DNA of 34,150 nucleotides from Gemmatimonadota bacterium (GCA_036679605.1 JAZDCZ010000176.1:1-34150); one strand, 5' to 3'; positions 9,168 through 18,370 are shown, numbered from the stretch's first letter. The notes: generated from the letters alone by a model not told the origin. Numbers and translations: made by a program.

Positions 9168-9707
9168 ATGAGGAGATATTTCGCACTGTTGGGAATCGCC
9201 GTCCTTGCAGTGGGCTTTGTCGAAACCGTGCAGGCGCAAACGCGCCCGATCCAGATCGCTGTGGTGAACCCGCTGCAGATCTTTCCAGAGACGGATTCCA
9301 TCGCCGGACTCAGGATCAACCTGATATTTGGAAGAAATGCGGCGATGACGGGCTTTGACTGGGGTCTGGCCCACCGTACAGTCGGACTCTTCAAGGGCGT
9401 TCAGTTCGGTGTTGTGGGATATAATGACACTGATGCCATGGGGTGGCAGAACAACATTGTGGCGAACATCACCTTAAGAAAGTTCGAGGGATTCCAGTCC
9501 GGCTTTGTGAATTACGTGGAGGAGGAGGCCGGCGGCTTCCAGTTTGGGGTTGTGAACTACGCGAAGACCATGAAAGGCCTCCAGATTGGGATTGTAAACT
9601 ATGCCCAGCGCATGGGTGGCAGTGGCGGCCTCCAGATCGGCATTATCAATATTATCGAACAGGGCGGTCTCCTTCCTGTCATGCCGATTGTGAACTGGTC
9701 GTTCTAA
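9168..9707 (+). CDS. Secreted/outer-membrane protein with short G-x-Q-x-G-x-x-N repeats (LA_2272-like surface repeat)
   Basis: AGGAG then ATG 9168; signal peptide ending VQA-Q; repeats GVQFGVVGY, GFQSGFVNY, GFQFGVVNY, GLQIGIVNY, GLQIGIINI; C-terminal PIVNWSF. Confidence 0.8.
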   Translation: MRRYFALLGIAVLAVGFVETVQAQTRPIQIAVVNPLQIFPETDSIAGLRINLIFGRNAAMTGFDWGLAHRTVGLFKGVQFGVVGYNDTDAMGWQNNIVANITLRKFEGFQSGFVNYVEEEAGGFQFGVVNYAKTMKGLQIGIVNYAQRMGGSGGLQIGIINIIEQGGLLPVMPIVNWSF

Positions 9708-9755
9708 TAGCCGAGTGGGCGAGTTGACCCCCGGAGGCAAGGAGGAAACCCCTTA

Positions 9756-11618
9756 GTGACGCCTAAGAAGAGCCAGTCTAGTTTCAAATCCATGTGGCCG
9801 GAAGCCCGCAGGATCATGTGGAGCTATCGCCGTCGCCTAGCTGCTGGGTTCCTTCTAATGATCGTCAACCGCATAGCAGGGCTGGTACTGCCGTTTAGCT
9901 CGAAATTTCTGATCGACGAGGTGATTGGGAAGAACCGCACTGAACTCCTCACAACTCTTGCAGTGGTAGTGGGAGTTGCTACCCTGATGCAAGCTCTTAC
10001 CTCTTTTTCACTGTCTCAAGTACTGGGCGTAGCCGCTCAGCGGGCGATAACCGAGATGCGGAAAGTCGTGCAGCAGCACGTGGCGCGGTTGCCGATCGCA
10101 TACTTCGACTCTACGAAGACCGGTGTTCTGATCTCCCGTATCATGACCGATGCGGAGGGAATTCGGAACTTGGTTGGGACAGGGCTGGTGCAATTGAGCG
10201 GCGGTTTGATCACCGCGGCCATCGGCCTAGGGGTGCTGTTCTTTCTGAATTGGCGGCTCACGTCAGTGACCATCTTGATATTGATGGCATTTGGCGGCGG
10301 TATGGCAGTCGCGTTTACAAAGCTACGGCCTTTGTTTCGTAAGCGCGGAAAGATCAATGCCGAAGTCACAGGTAGATTGGGTGAGACCTTGGGTGGTATT
10401 CGCGTGGTGAAGGCATACACTGCGGAACGGCGGGAACGATATGTCTTTGCCAAAGGGGCTCACCGCCTATTCCGCAATGTTGCCGGCGCAGTCACGGGCG
10501 TATCGGCGATTTCAGCGTTTGCGACGGTTGTCGTCGGTGCCATAGGCGTTCTCATGATAGTCTGGGGAGGCCGGGCCATAGTGGACGGCAGCATGACGTT
10601 GGGTGACTTCTTCCAGTATATCTTATTTACAGGTCTGGTGGTGTCACCTCTCGTACAGATAGCATCGATAGGAACGCAGATCAGCGAAGCGTTTGCGGGC
10701 ATGGATCGCATTAGAGAGATCCGTTCCATGGCGACCGAGGACGAAGAGGACGATCTTCGCGCACCAGCTCGTGACATTCGGGGCGATTTCACTTTCGAAG
10801 ACGTGAGTTTCGAGTACGATCCCGGCGTTCCCGTGCTCAAGCACATTTCGTTCGACGCTCCCGTCGGTACCACCACAGCGCTAGTAGGGTCCAGTGGATC
10901 GGGCAAGAGCACGTTGATTAGCCTGGTTGCAGCATTTAACCGTCCGCAATCGGGCCGAATCATGGTTGATGGCCGGGCCCTTTCGACCCTAAAGCTCAGA
11001 GACTATCGATCGAATCTGGGCGTGGTGCTGCAGGACAACTTCCTGTTCGATGGTACAATAGCCGAGAACATTCGGTTTGGAGCCCCTAGAGCCACCATGG
11101 AAGAGGTGGAGCAGGTAGCGCGTGTTGCCCATTGCGCCGAATTCGTGATGAAGTTTGAAGAGGGTTACCAAACGATTGTTGGAGAGCGCGGCGTCAAGTT
11201 ATCTGGCGGCCAGCGACAGCGGCTCGCCATCGCGCGCGCGATTCTGGCCAACCCTCGTATTCTGATTCTCGACGAGGCGACGTCGAGTCTCGACAGCGAG
11301 AGCGAAGCACAGATCCAAGCGGGTCTCGAAGCACTGCGTGAAGGAAGAACCACCTTCGTTATTGCACACCGGCTCTCGACAATCCAGAGCGCGGATCAGA
11401 TAATCGTTCTGGAAGAGGGGGAGATCGTTGAGTATGGTACTCACGAAGAGTTGCTCGACAAGGACGGCCGCTATCGAGAACTGCACGATCGTCAGTACAA
11501 GATCGAGCGGAATCTGTTCATCAACCCTGGTGAAGACTTCACGCCCGATCTTCCAGCCAGTGGTGAAGAGGATGTCGCCCCGGTTCCTGGAAGCGGCTTG
11601 AGCCGTCCGGCGCTCTAG
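9756..11618 (+). CDS. ABC exporter, fused permease/ATPase (MsbA/MdlB-like)
   Basis: Multi-TM N-terminal domain; Walker A GSSGSGKST; signature LSGGQRQR; Walker B ILILDEATSSLD; IAHRLST. AGGAGG RBS before the GTG. Confidence 0.95.
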   Translation: MTPKKSQSSFKSMWPEARRIMWSYRRRLAAGFLLMIVNRIAGLVLPFSSKFLIDEVIGKNRTELLTTLAVVVGVATLMQALTSFSLSQVLGVAAQRAITEMRKVVQQHVARLPIAYFDSTKTGVLISRIMTDAEGIRNLVGTGLVQLSGGLITAAIGLGVLFFLNWRLTSVTILILMAFGGGMAVAFTKLRPLFRKRGKINAEVTGRLGETLGGIRVVKAYTAERRERYVFAKGAHRLFRNVAGAVTGVSAISAFATVVVGAIGVLMIVWGGRAIVDGSMTLGDFFQYILFTGLVVSPLVQIASIGTQISEAFAGMDRIREIRSMATEDEEDDLRAPARDIRGDFTFEDVSFEYDPGVPVLKHISFDAPVGTTTALVGSSGSGKSTLISLVAAFNRPQSGRIMVDGRALSTLKLRDYRSNLGVVLQDNFLFDGTIAENIRFGAPRATMEEVEQVARVAHCAEFVMKFEEGYQTIVGERGVKLSGGQRQRLAIARAILANPRILILDEATSSLDSESEAQIQAGLEALREGRTTFVIAHRLSTIQSADQIIVLEEGEIVEYGTHEELLDKDGRYRELHDRQYKIERNLFINPGEDFTPDLPASGEEDVAPVPGSGLSRPAL

Positions 11619-11721
11619 GCTATCCGTATTTCAAGACGCCTATAGGGAGCGTGCATACCGTCTTGCCCATCACGTCAAATGTATGGCCCTAATCGTTGCT
11701 GGAGCGTCGATGTAGTGAACT

Positions 11722-11848
11722 CAAACATCAAAGAGCCGGAGTCTGATGACCCCGGCTCTTTGCGTCACCATCCGAAAGGCAAACTCTCACGGATCGGTTC
11801 ATTGAGAAAGTGTGCCGCGGGTTCCCTTCAGCGGGTGGCGAACTCTGC
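11722..11848 (-). ncRNA. Candidate sigma54-dependent small RNA (~125 nt)
   Basis: Bounded by a sigma54 promoter (11860-11874) and a terminator (11729-11762), both on the minus strand, in a gap between two plus-strand genes. The body can fold into stems. Ends are predicted, not measured. Confidence 0.5.
11729..11762 (-). terminator. Intrinsic terminator hairpin, probably bidirectional but better paired on the minus strand
   Basis: Minus-strand RNA CAAAGAGCCGGGGUC-AUCA-GACUCCGGCUCUUUG forms a continuous 15-bp stem with one G-U pair and continues AUGUUU. On the plus strand that pair becomes an A-C mismatch. Confidence 0.75.
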
Positions 11849-11859
11849 ATTACAGTTGA

Positions 11860-11874
11860 GCAAGACGTGTGCCG
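11860..11874 (-). promoter_or_regulatory. Sigma54 -24/-12 promoter
   Basis: The minus strand reads CGGCAC-ACGTC-TTGC(T) against the consensus TGGCAC-N5-TTGCW: one mismatch, exact spacing. Confidence 0.6.
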
Positions 11875-11938
11875 CAGCGGTAAGGAGAGAGAACGGTGCT
11901 AAACAAACGACGACGCCCTCGGGAATCGCGTTGATACA

Positions 11939-14900
11939 GTGAACAACTACTGGATATTGGCGCGGTATCTGGGATTCTTGCTGCTAGTCTCTACCATCGG
12001 GTGTAGTGGTGATACGCCAGCACCGTGGCATGATGAGGGGGGATACCGCTGGCAGGAGTTGGTGGTGCCCCGACGAGGTGGAGATGGGTTCACGCGGATC
12101 TCTTCTTCCAGGACCGGGATTGACTTCGCGAACGGGGCAACCGATCAGCAGTTAGTAGCAAACCGTCACTTGGCCCATGGATCCGGTGTGACCCTTGGTG
12201 ACGTAGATGGGGATGGTCTGACGGACATTTACTTGGGGCGGATTGACGGGCCAAATAGACTGTATCGAAACCGCGGCAACTGGCGGTTCGAAGATATTAC
12301 AGACGCCGCCGGTGTTGCGGCAGCGGAGCGGTACACTACTGGTGTTGCTCTTGCCGACGTCGACGGCGATGGTGACCTCGATTTACTGGTGACAGCACTC
12401 GGTGGCCCCAATTCACTGTTTGTGAATGACGGCTCCGGCATGTTTGAGGAGCGCAGCGCCGAAGTTGGCCTTGTGTCCGATCGAGGAAGCACCACTATGA
12501 CCTTGGCGGACGTCGACGGTGACGGAGACTTGGATCTCTACATTGCGAACTACAAGGTATCGACGACGCTCGACGTGCTACCTCCGGAAGAGCGCACATT
12601 TAACAAGGTCGTTCGGAAGGTGGGCGATCGCTACGAAGTAGCGCCGCGATTCCGTAAGGACTACCGTGTTGAAGTTCGAGAAGATCTGAATATTGTGGTC
12701 CGAACCCAGCGAGCGGACCCCGATTGGTTCTATCTCAACGATGGTAGTGGCAACTTCGAGCAAGTTCCGTTTACCTCCGGCCGATTTCGTGACGAGAACG
12801 GTGACCCGTTGACGGCGGCACCGGATTATTTCAGCCTATCCGCGCGGTTCTACGACGTAGACCTGGATGGCGATCCCGATCTATACGTCTGCGCTGACTT
12901 TGAAGACCCTGACCAGTTCTGGATCAACGACGGGGCAGGCACGTTCCACGCTGTGCCCAACGTTGCTCTCAGAACTGCAAGCAACTCGGCGATGGCAATC
13001 GATTTTTCTGATGTTGATCGCGACGGTGACATCGACTTCTTCGTGGCTGACATGCTGAGTCTTGATCCGAAGCGCCGGAAGATGGAAAAACCCACTCACA
13101 CTCCGCTGCCCAAACTGATCGGAGCCATCCGAGATCGACCTCAGAGAATGCGAAACACGCTTTTCCTGAATCGTGGCGACAGAACTTACGCTCAAATTTC
13201 TGCCATGGCCGGCGTCGCTGCGTCCGACTGGTCTTGGGGCGCGATGTTCTTGGATGTGGATCTGGATGGCTATGAGGATATTCTGATTTCCAACGGCCAC
13301 ACGCGGGCCGTGATGGATTGGGATACGCAGAACCGAATTAAAGAATCTGTGAGTCATGAAGACTGGCAGACCGAACGGTTCCTTTTTCCCAAACTTCACC
13401 AAAAGAACGTGGCGTTCCGCAACAATGGCGATCTCACATTCGATGAGATGGCTGAAAGTTGGGGCTTTGCCGACGAGGCGGACATCTCGCATGGCATCGC
13501 GGCGGGTGATCTAGACGGCGACGGAGACTTGGACGTCGTTGTCAATCGCTTCGGTTTCGAGGTGGGCGTATTTCGCAACAACAGTAAGAAGAACCGAATT
13601 GCTGTGAGGTTGGTTGGCACTGTGCCGAACACTCGGGGTGTGGGCGCCGTCATACGCGTCCGAGGCGGAGCGGTGCAGATGCAACAGAAGGAGGTCACGG
13701 TTGGTGGGATGTATTTGTCTAGTTCAGATCAGACATATATGTTCGCAACCGGTGACGCGGACGAAGTAGAAATCGCGGTCGATTGGCGTAGTGGAAAACA
13801 GACCATCCTAACCGGTGTAGGTCCGAATCAGCTGTACGAAATCCGCGAGACCTCAGCAGTCGATCAATCTCCGAGCATGAACGAGCTAACCGGTAATCCA
13901 GTAGGCGAATTCTTCGAGGATGTGTCCATTGATATCGACCATACGCACGTGGAATCAGCGTTCGACGATTTCGTGCGACAGCCGCTACTTCCCAACGAAC
14001 TGAGTCGACTTGGACCGGGTGTCAGCTGGTACGATGTTGACGGCGACGGGTACGAAGATCTGTTGATCGCCTCAGGAGCTGGTGGCAAGCTGTCTTATTT
14101 CCAGAACAACAGTGGCAAGCTCTCGCGAGTGCGACTCCGGATGCCGCTAACAGAGTTGGATCAGACCACTGTGTTGGTAATTCCTGATGGGAGTGGAGGT
14201 TCTCGGATTCTTGTGGGTCAGTCCAGCTATGAAGCGAGGAATCCATCGGAGGCGGTGAGCGCAGCAGCAGTATTGAGTATGGAAGTTCCGGTCGGTGACG
14301 AAGCTGATAATAACCGCCTCAGCGTGAGCAACGCCGTTCCTGGCGACACATCGAGCACCGGGCCTCTCGCTCTAGCCGATTACGATGGAGACGGTGACTT
14401 GGATCTGTTCGTGGGAGGGCGGGCTATCCCATCAGTATATCCGGTCGCCGCCAGTTCCCGATTGTATAAGAACACTGACGGGCGGTTCGAGCTGGATGAC
14501 ACGAACCGTGCGATTCTTGCAGCAGTTGGCCTTGTTTCGAGTGCGGTGTTTTCCGACATAGATGAGGATGGAGATCCTGACTTGTTACTCGCGCTGGAAT
14601 GGGGACCGCTCAAGTTGTTTCGTAACGAAGGTGGACGATTTCAGGACGTGGGGTCGTCCTATGGATTGGATCGTTTCACTAGCAGATGGAACGGAATCGC
14701 GACGGGCGACCTAGACGCCGACGGTAGATTGGACATAGTCGCCACGAGTTGGGGACGCAATACCGACTACGTAGCTTCTGTCGAGTCACCGTTAGCACTT
14801 TACTTCAACGATTTCGATCGCAATGGCTCGGTCGACCTCATAACGGCACGGTTGATCGGCGATGATCGCAACGCAGTGCCGATGGAGTCCTTTAATCGGC

Positions 14901-15670
14901 TCGCGATGGCCATGCCGCGTCTGATGCAGAGAATCCCGACGTTCGCGGCGTACGCAGATGCGACGATCGGAGATCTATTGCGCACCGAAATGCCGGTGGC
15001 ACTTAGGGTGACAGCAGGCAGCTTCGATCACATGCTCCTACTGAATCGTGGCGCCTCGTTTGAAGCGGTGCCGCTCCCCGCCGAAGCACAGATGGCGCCG
15101 GCGTCGTTTGTCGGAATTGCCGATTTTGATGGCGATGGCAACGAAGATGTGTTTCTAAGTCAGAATTTCTTTCCGACCGAAACAGGCACTCCCAGGAACG
15201 ATGCAGGGCGAGGTCTGTGGCTGAAGGGAGACGGTTCGGGCAATCTCGAAGCGGTACCCGGACAGGTGTCCGGCGTGCGGGTCTACGGTGATCAGCGAGG
15301 GGCCGCGCTAGCCGACTACGATGCCGACGGCCGTGTTGACTTGGTCGTCAGTCAGAATGGAGCCGCGACCAAACTGTACCATAATCGGGGAGCTAGACCC
15401 GGCGTGCGTGTACGCCTTATTGGTGGTGCAGGTAACCCGTTTGCATTTGGAGCGACAGTGCGTTTGAAATACGGTGAGCGGTTAGGGCCTGCGCGGGAGA
15501 TCCAAGGTGGATCCGGATACTGGTCACTTAACGGAGCTGTACAGGTTCTGGGTACGTCTGGAGAACCCACGGGTGTTTGGATTCGTTGGCCCGGTGGGTT
15601 CGAGTCCCAAGCTTTTTTGACAAGCGGTTTGCGGAACGTGACGGTGACCTTTCCAGCCGATAGCATGTAG
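11939..15670 (+). CDS. CRTAC1/ASPIC-UnbV family lipoprotein with FG-GAP (VCBS-like) repeats in a duplicated architecture
   Basis: Lipobox-like LLLVSTIG-C; 14 DxDxDGxxD-type motifs in two sets of 7, each set followed by an ASPIC/UnbV-like segment (NTRGVGAVIRV...GGMYLSS...VDWRSG and NPFAFGATVRL...GSGYWS...IRWPGG). Confidence 0.9.
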   Translation: MNNYWILARYLGFLLLVSTIGCSGDTPAPWHDEGGYRWQELVVPRRGGDGFTRISSSRTGIDFANGATDQQLVANRHLAHGSGVTLGDVDGDGLTDIYLGRIDGPNRLYRNRGNWRFEDITDAAGVAAAERYTTGVALADVDGDGDLDLLVTALGGPNSLFVNDGSGMFEERSAEVGLVSDRGSTTMTLADVDGDGDLDLYIANYKVSTTLDVLPPEERTFNKVVRKVGDRYEVAPRFRKDYRVEVREDLNIVVRTQRADPDWFYLNDGSGNFEQVPFTSGRFRDENGDPLTAAPDYFSLSARFYDVDLDGDPDLYVCADFEDPDQFWINDGAGTFHAVPNVALRTASNSAMAIDFSDVDRDGDIDFFVADMLSLDPKRRKMEKPTHTPLPKLIGAIRDRPQRMRNTLFLNRGDRTYAQISAMAGVAASDWSWGAMFLDVDLDGYEDILISNGHTRAVMDWDTQNRIKESVSHEDWQTERFLFPKLHQKNVAFRNNGDLTFDEMAESWGFADEADISHGIAAGDLDGDGDLDVVVNRFGFEVGVFRNNSKKNRIAVRLVGTVPNTRGVGAVIRVRGGAVQMQQKEVTVGGMYLSSSDQTYMFATGDADEVEIAVDWRSGKQTILTGVGPNQLYEIRETSAVDQSPSMNELTGNPVGEFFEDVSIDIDHTHVESAFDDFVRQPLLPNELSRLGPGVSWYDVDGDGYEDLLIASGAGGKLSYFQNNSGKLSRVRLRMPLTELDQTTVLVIPDGSGGSRILVGQSSYEARNPSEAVSAAAVLSMEVPVGDEADNNRLSVSNAVPGDTSSTGPLALADYDGDGDLDLFVGGRAIPSVYPVAASSRLYKNTDGRFELDDTNRAILAAVGLVSSAVFSDIDEDGDPDLLLALEWGPLKLFRNEGGRFQDVGSSYGLDRFTSRWNGIATGDLDADGRLDIVATSWGRNTDYVASVESPLALYFNDFDRNGSVDLITARLIGDDRNAVPMESFNRLAMAMPRLMQRIPTFAAYADATIGDLLRTEMPVALRVTAGSFDHMLLLNRGASFEAVPLPAEAQMAPASFVGIADFDGDGNEDVFLSQNFFPTETGTPRNDAGRGLWLKGDGSGNLEAVPGQVSGVRVYGDQRGAALADYDADGRVDLVVSQNGAATKLYHNRGARPGVRVRLIGGAGNPFAFGATVRLKYGERLGPAREIQGGSGYWSLNGAVQVLGTSGEPTGVWIRWPGGFESQAFLTSGLRNVTVTFPADSM

Positions 15671-15675
15671 CTCGG

Positions 15676-16827
15676 GTGAGCAAATCCAGCACCTTGCGTT
15701 CGATCTACGTTTGGAGCCGCTGGGTAGTGCTCGGCGTTTTGGTTGCGGTACTGGGCGCCGTTCTTTACTGGCGCGGATACGTCCCTGCCGCAAATCTCGA
15801 CGACATTCGTCTACCGCCTGGTTTCGAAATCGCGATATACGCTGACAGCATAGATAATGCCCGCGCCATGGCACTGGGTGATGAAGGTACGATTTTCGTC
15901 GGCAGTCGGAGCGCGGGTAACGTGTATGCGTTGCTTGACACCGATGGCGACTTCCGGGCAGATCAAATGTTTACGTTGATCTCCGATCTCAACATGCCAA
16001 GCGGCGTAGCGTTTCGGGATGGCGCACTTTATGTGGCCGAGGTAGGTCGAATAATCAGATTCGACTCGATAGAGAGCCACCTGGCTAGTCCCCCCCCACC
16101 AGTCGTCGTCAACAGTACCTTGCCATCAGAGGCATGGCACGGATGGAAGTACATGAGGTTTGGGCCAGACGACAAACTGTATGTCCCGGTTGGCGTACCC
16201 TGCAACATATGTGTGCGCAGCGACGACGAACGATTTGGGACCATTCTTCGCATGAACCCCGACGGAACGGAACTCGAAGTCTTCGCGCGAGGCGTTAGGA
16301 ATTCTGTGGGGTTCGACTGGCATCCCCAGACCAATGAGTTGTGGTTTACTGACAACGGCCGCGATCGGTTGGGCAACGACGAGCCGCCGGACGAGTTGAA
16401 CCGTGCCCCGATGGCGGGTTTGCACTTTGGTTTTCCCCACTGCCACGGAGGCCGGATAGTCGATGAGGAATTTGGTGCTGGCCACAGCTGTGGCGAGTTC
16501 GTGGCACCTGCCATCGCACTTGGACCCCATGTGGCGGCTCTGGGAATGCGGTTTTACACCGGGAAAATGTTTCCAGATGAATACCGCGGTCAGTTATTCA
16601 TCGCCGAACACGGATCGTGGAACAGAGTACCGCCCAGCGGATATCGCGTCATGCGAGTTAGACTGGAAGGCGACAGTGCTGTTGAGTATCAGGTGTTCGC
16701 GGACGGATGGCTTAACTGGGGCACGTCATGGGGCAGGCCCACTGACATACTGATGTTACCAGATGGTTCTTTGCTGGTCTCGGACGATCGGGCCGGTATG
16801 ATCTACCGAATCTTCTACAGGGACTAG
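15676..16827 (+). CDS. PQQ-dependent sugar/sorbosone dehydrogenase family beta-propeller protein with N-terminal membrane anchor
   Basis: LPPGFEIAIYA; HGWKYMRFGPDDKLYVPVGVPCNIC; RGVRNSVGFDWHP; PPDELN; HGSWNR; GRPTD; SDDRAG. Confidence 0.9.
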   Translation: MSKSSTLRSIYVWSRWVVLGVLVAVLGAVLYWRGYVPAANLDDIRLPPGFEIAIYADSIDNARAMALGDEGTIFVGSRSAGNVYALLDTDGDFRADQMFTLISDLNMPSGVAFRDGALYVAEVGRIIRFDSIESHLASPPPPVVVNSTLPSEAWHGWKYMRFGPDDKLYVPVGVPCNICVRSDDERFGTILRMNPDGTELEVFARGVRNSVGFDWHPQTNELWFTDNGRDRLGNDEPPDELNRAPMAGLHFGFPHCHGGRIVDEEFGAGHSCGEFVAPAIALGPHVAALGMRFYTGKMFPDEYRGQLFIAEHGSWNRVPPSGYRVMRVRLEGDSAVEYQVFADGWLNWGTSWGRPTDILMLPDGSLLVSDDRAGMIYRIFYRD

Positions 16828-16847
16828 GTTCCTCTGCCAGGCGGCAA

Positions 16848-18359
16848 CTATTGGTCCTTGAAGTTCAATGTGATACCGCGGCTCTGCAGCAGTATATCCA
16901 TTCCTGCCTTGTCAACCGATTTCATGTAGGCCTCTTCCGGCTCGACCGTGTTGCTGTCCACCAGTTCGATGAGCGCGTCATTCAAAGAGATCATGCCTAT
17001 CTTCTTGTTTGTCTGTATGATCGAAGGAAGCTGAAAGGTTTTTGCTTCTCTTATTAAGTTGGAAACCGCAGCGATAGATAGAAGAATTTCCCGCGCGGCC
17101 ACACGACCTCCGCCTTTCTTCTTCAGGAGCACCTGGGCTACGACCCCTTTCAGCGACTCCGAAAGCATGACTCTGATCTGCTCTTGACGATCGGCGGGGA
17201 ACTGGTCGATGATTCGATCGATCGTACTGACTGCCGTAGTTGTATGGAGCGTCCCGAACACCAGGTGACCAGTCTCGGCAGTTTCAATCGCGATGGCCAC
17301 CGTTTCTAGATCTCGCATTTCACCGATCAGAACGATGTCGGGGTCCTCCCTCAAGGCAGCTCGCAGCGCTCGCTTGAACGACTGAGTGTGACTACCGACC
17401 TGGCGTTGTGTGACGATGCACTTCTTGTTGGGGTGAACGAACTCGATCGGATCTTCGATGGTGATGATATGATCGGTGCGAGTTTGATTGACGAGATCTA
17501 CCAGGGCGGCGAGAGTAGTGGACTTACCACTTCCCGTTGGCCCGGTGACCACCACGAGACCTTTTGTTAGATAGCACAACTTCTGAACTTCCGGGCTGAC
17601 CCCGAGTTGGTCCGCGCTTAGTATCTCCGTCGGGATTACCCGGAATACAGCAGCCATTCCCATGCGGTCGCGCAGCGCATTGACGCGAAAACGTGCCAAG
17701 CCCACCATCTCGTAGGCAAAGTCTGTGTCGTTCGTTTCGTCGAACTCATGTCTGTTGCGTTCTGGCATGATAGAGAAAAGCATCCCCTCGATATCATCGC
17801 GCGCGAGTGGGCCGGCATCTTCCTTCACCAGCAGATCGCCGTGAATTCGGTAGTGTGGGGGGATGCCCACTCTCAGATGTAGGTCGGACGAATCGGATTC
17901 CACCAAATATCGCAGCAGGTCCTGAACGTGCTCTTCCGACTTGGCGGTTATCTCCCTGCTCTGGCGCGGTGCTGACATGGCTGATTCCGCTTCTTTCGGT
18001 GCGGGCTCCATGAGGAGTGCTTCTGCGGGGATCGACACTGCGGCGGTGGAGCGCCTCGGCTTGGCCGGGGAGAAAGAGACCGTTAGCGAGTCTCCTGATC
18101 TGTCGGCCTCGACGTCCAACTGGTGTTCACCGGCCGTGTGGGAAAAGCAGATCCGGCCGTCACTCGACAGCTGGGGACGCATCTCTGCCGACATGATTCC
18201 GCCGACCATGTCTTCAATTTGAGCGGCTGTTAAAGGTTGCTTTGTGATCGCCCGAGGTGTCCCGTCGATCTCAAGGGTCATCTGCCGGCCTGATTGAAGA
18301 ACGAGCGCTGTCGCCTTCTTTTCGTACAGCAGTGCAATGGGCTGATCGAGAGTAGCCAT
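16848..18359 (-). CDS. pilT: Type IV pilus retraction ATPase (PilT/PilU family) with a ~140-aa N-terminal extension
   Basis: SDLHL; RFRVN; Walker A GPTGSGKST; TIEDPIE; LREDPD; GEMRD; His box GHLVFGTLHT; AVSNLIRE (AIRNLIRE variant). Confidence 0.92.
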   Translation of the reverse strand: MATLDQPIALLYEKKATALVLQSGRQMTLEIDGTPRAITKQPLTAAQIEDMVGGIMSAEMRPQLSSDGRICFSHTAGEHQLDVEADRSGDSLTVSFSPAKPRRSTAAVSIPAEALLMEPAPKEAESAMSAPRQSREITAKSEEHVQDLLRYLVESDSSDLHLRVGIPPHYRIHGDLLVKEDAGPLARDDIEGMLFSIMPERNRHEFDETNDTDFAYEMVGLARFRVNALRDRMGMAAVFRVIPTEILSADQLGVSPEVQKLCYLTKGLVVVTGPTGSGKSTTLAALVDLVNQTRTDHIITIEDPIEFVHPNKKCIVTQRQVGSHTQSFKRALRAALREDPDIVLIGEMRDLETVAIAIETAETGHLVFGTLHTTTAVSTIDRIIDQFPADRQEQIRVMLSESLKGVVAQVLLKKKGGGRVAAREILLSIAAVSNLIREAKTFQLPSIIQTNKKIGMISLNDALIELVDSNTVEPEEAYMKSVDKAGMDILLQSRGITLNFKDQ

Positions 18360-18370
18360 ATCAGTAGTCT

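Noticed and set aside
11728..11850. 40-aa minus-strand ORF (MQSSPPAEGNPRH...) spanning the candidate sRNA
   Set aside because: No RBS, the ATG lies at or just before the predicted +1, and the frame runs through the terminator stem. A leaderless peptide cannot be fully excluded.
11939..15670. UnbV domain as a sign of an enediyne cluster, and DNA-level repeats as a possible array
   Set aside because: No PKS or enediyne core genes are present. The repeats are degenerate codons for FG-GAP motifs, not CRISPR-like repeats.
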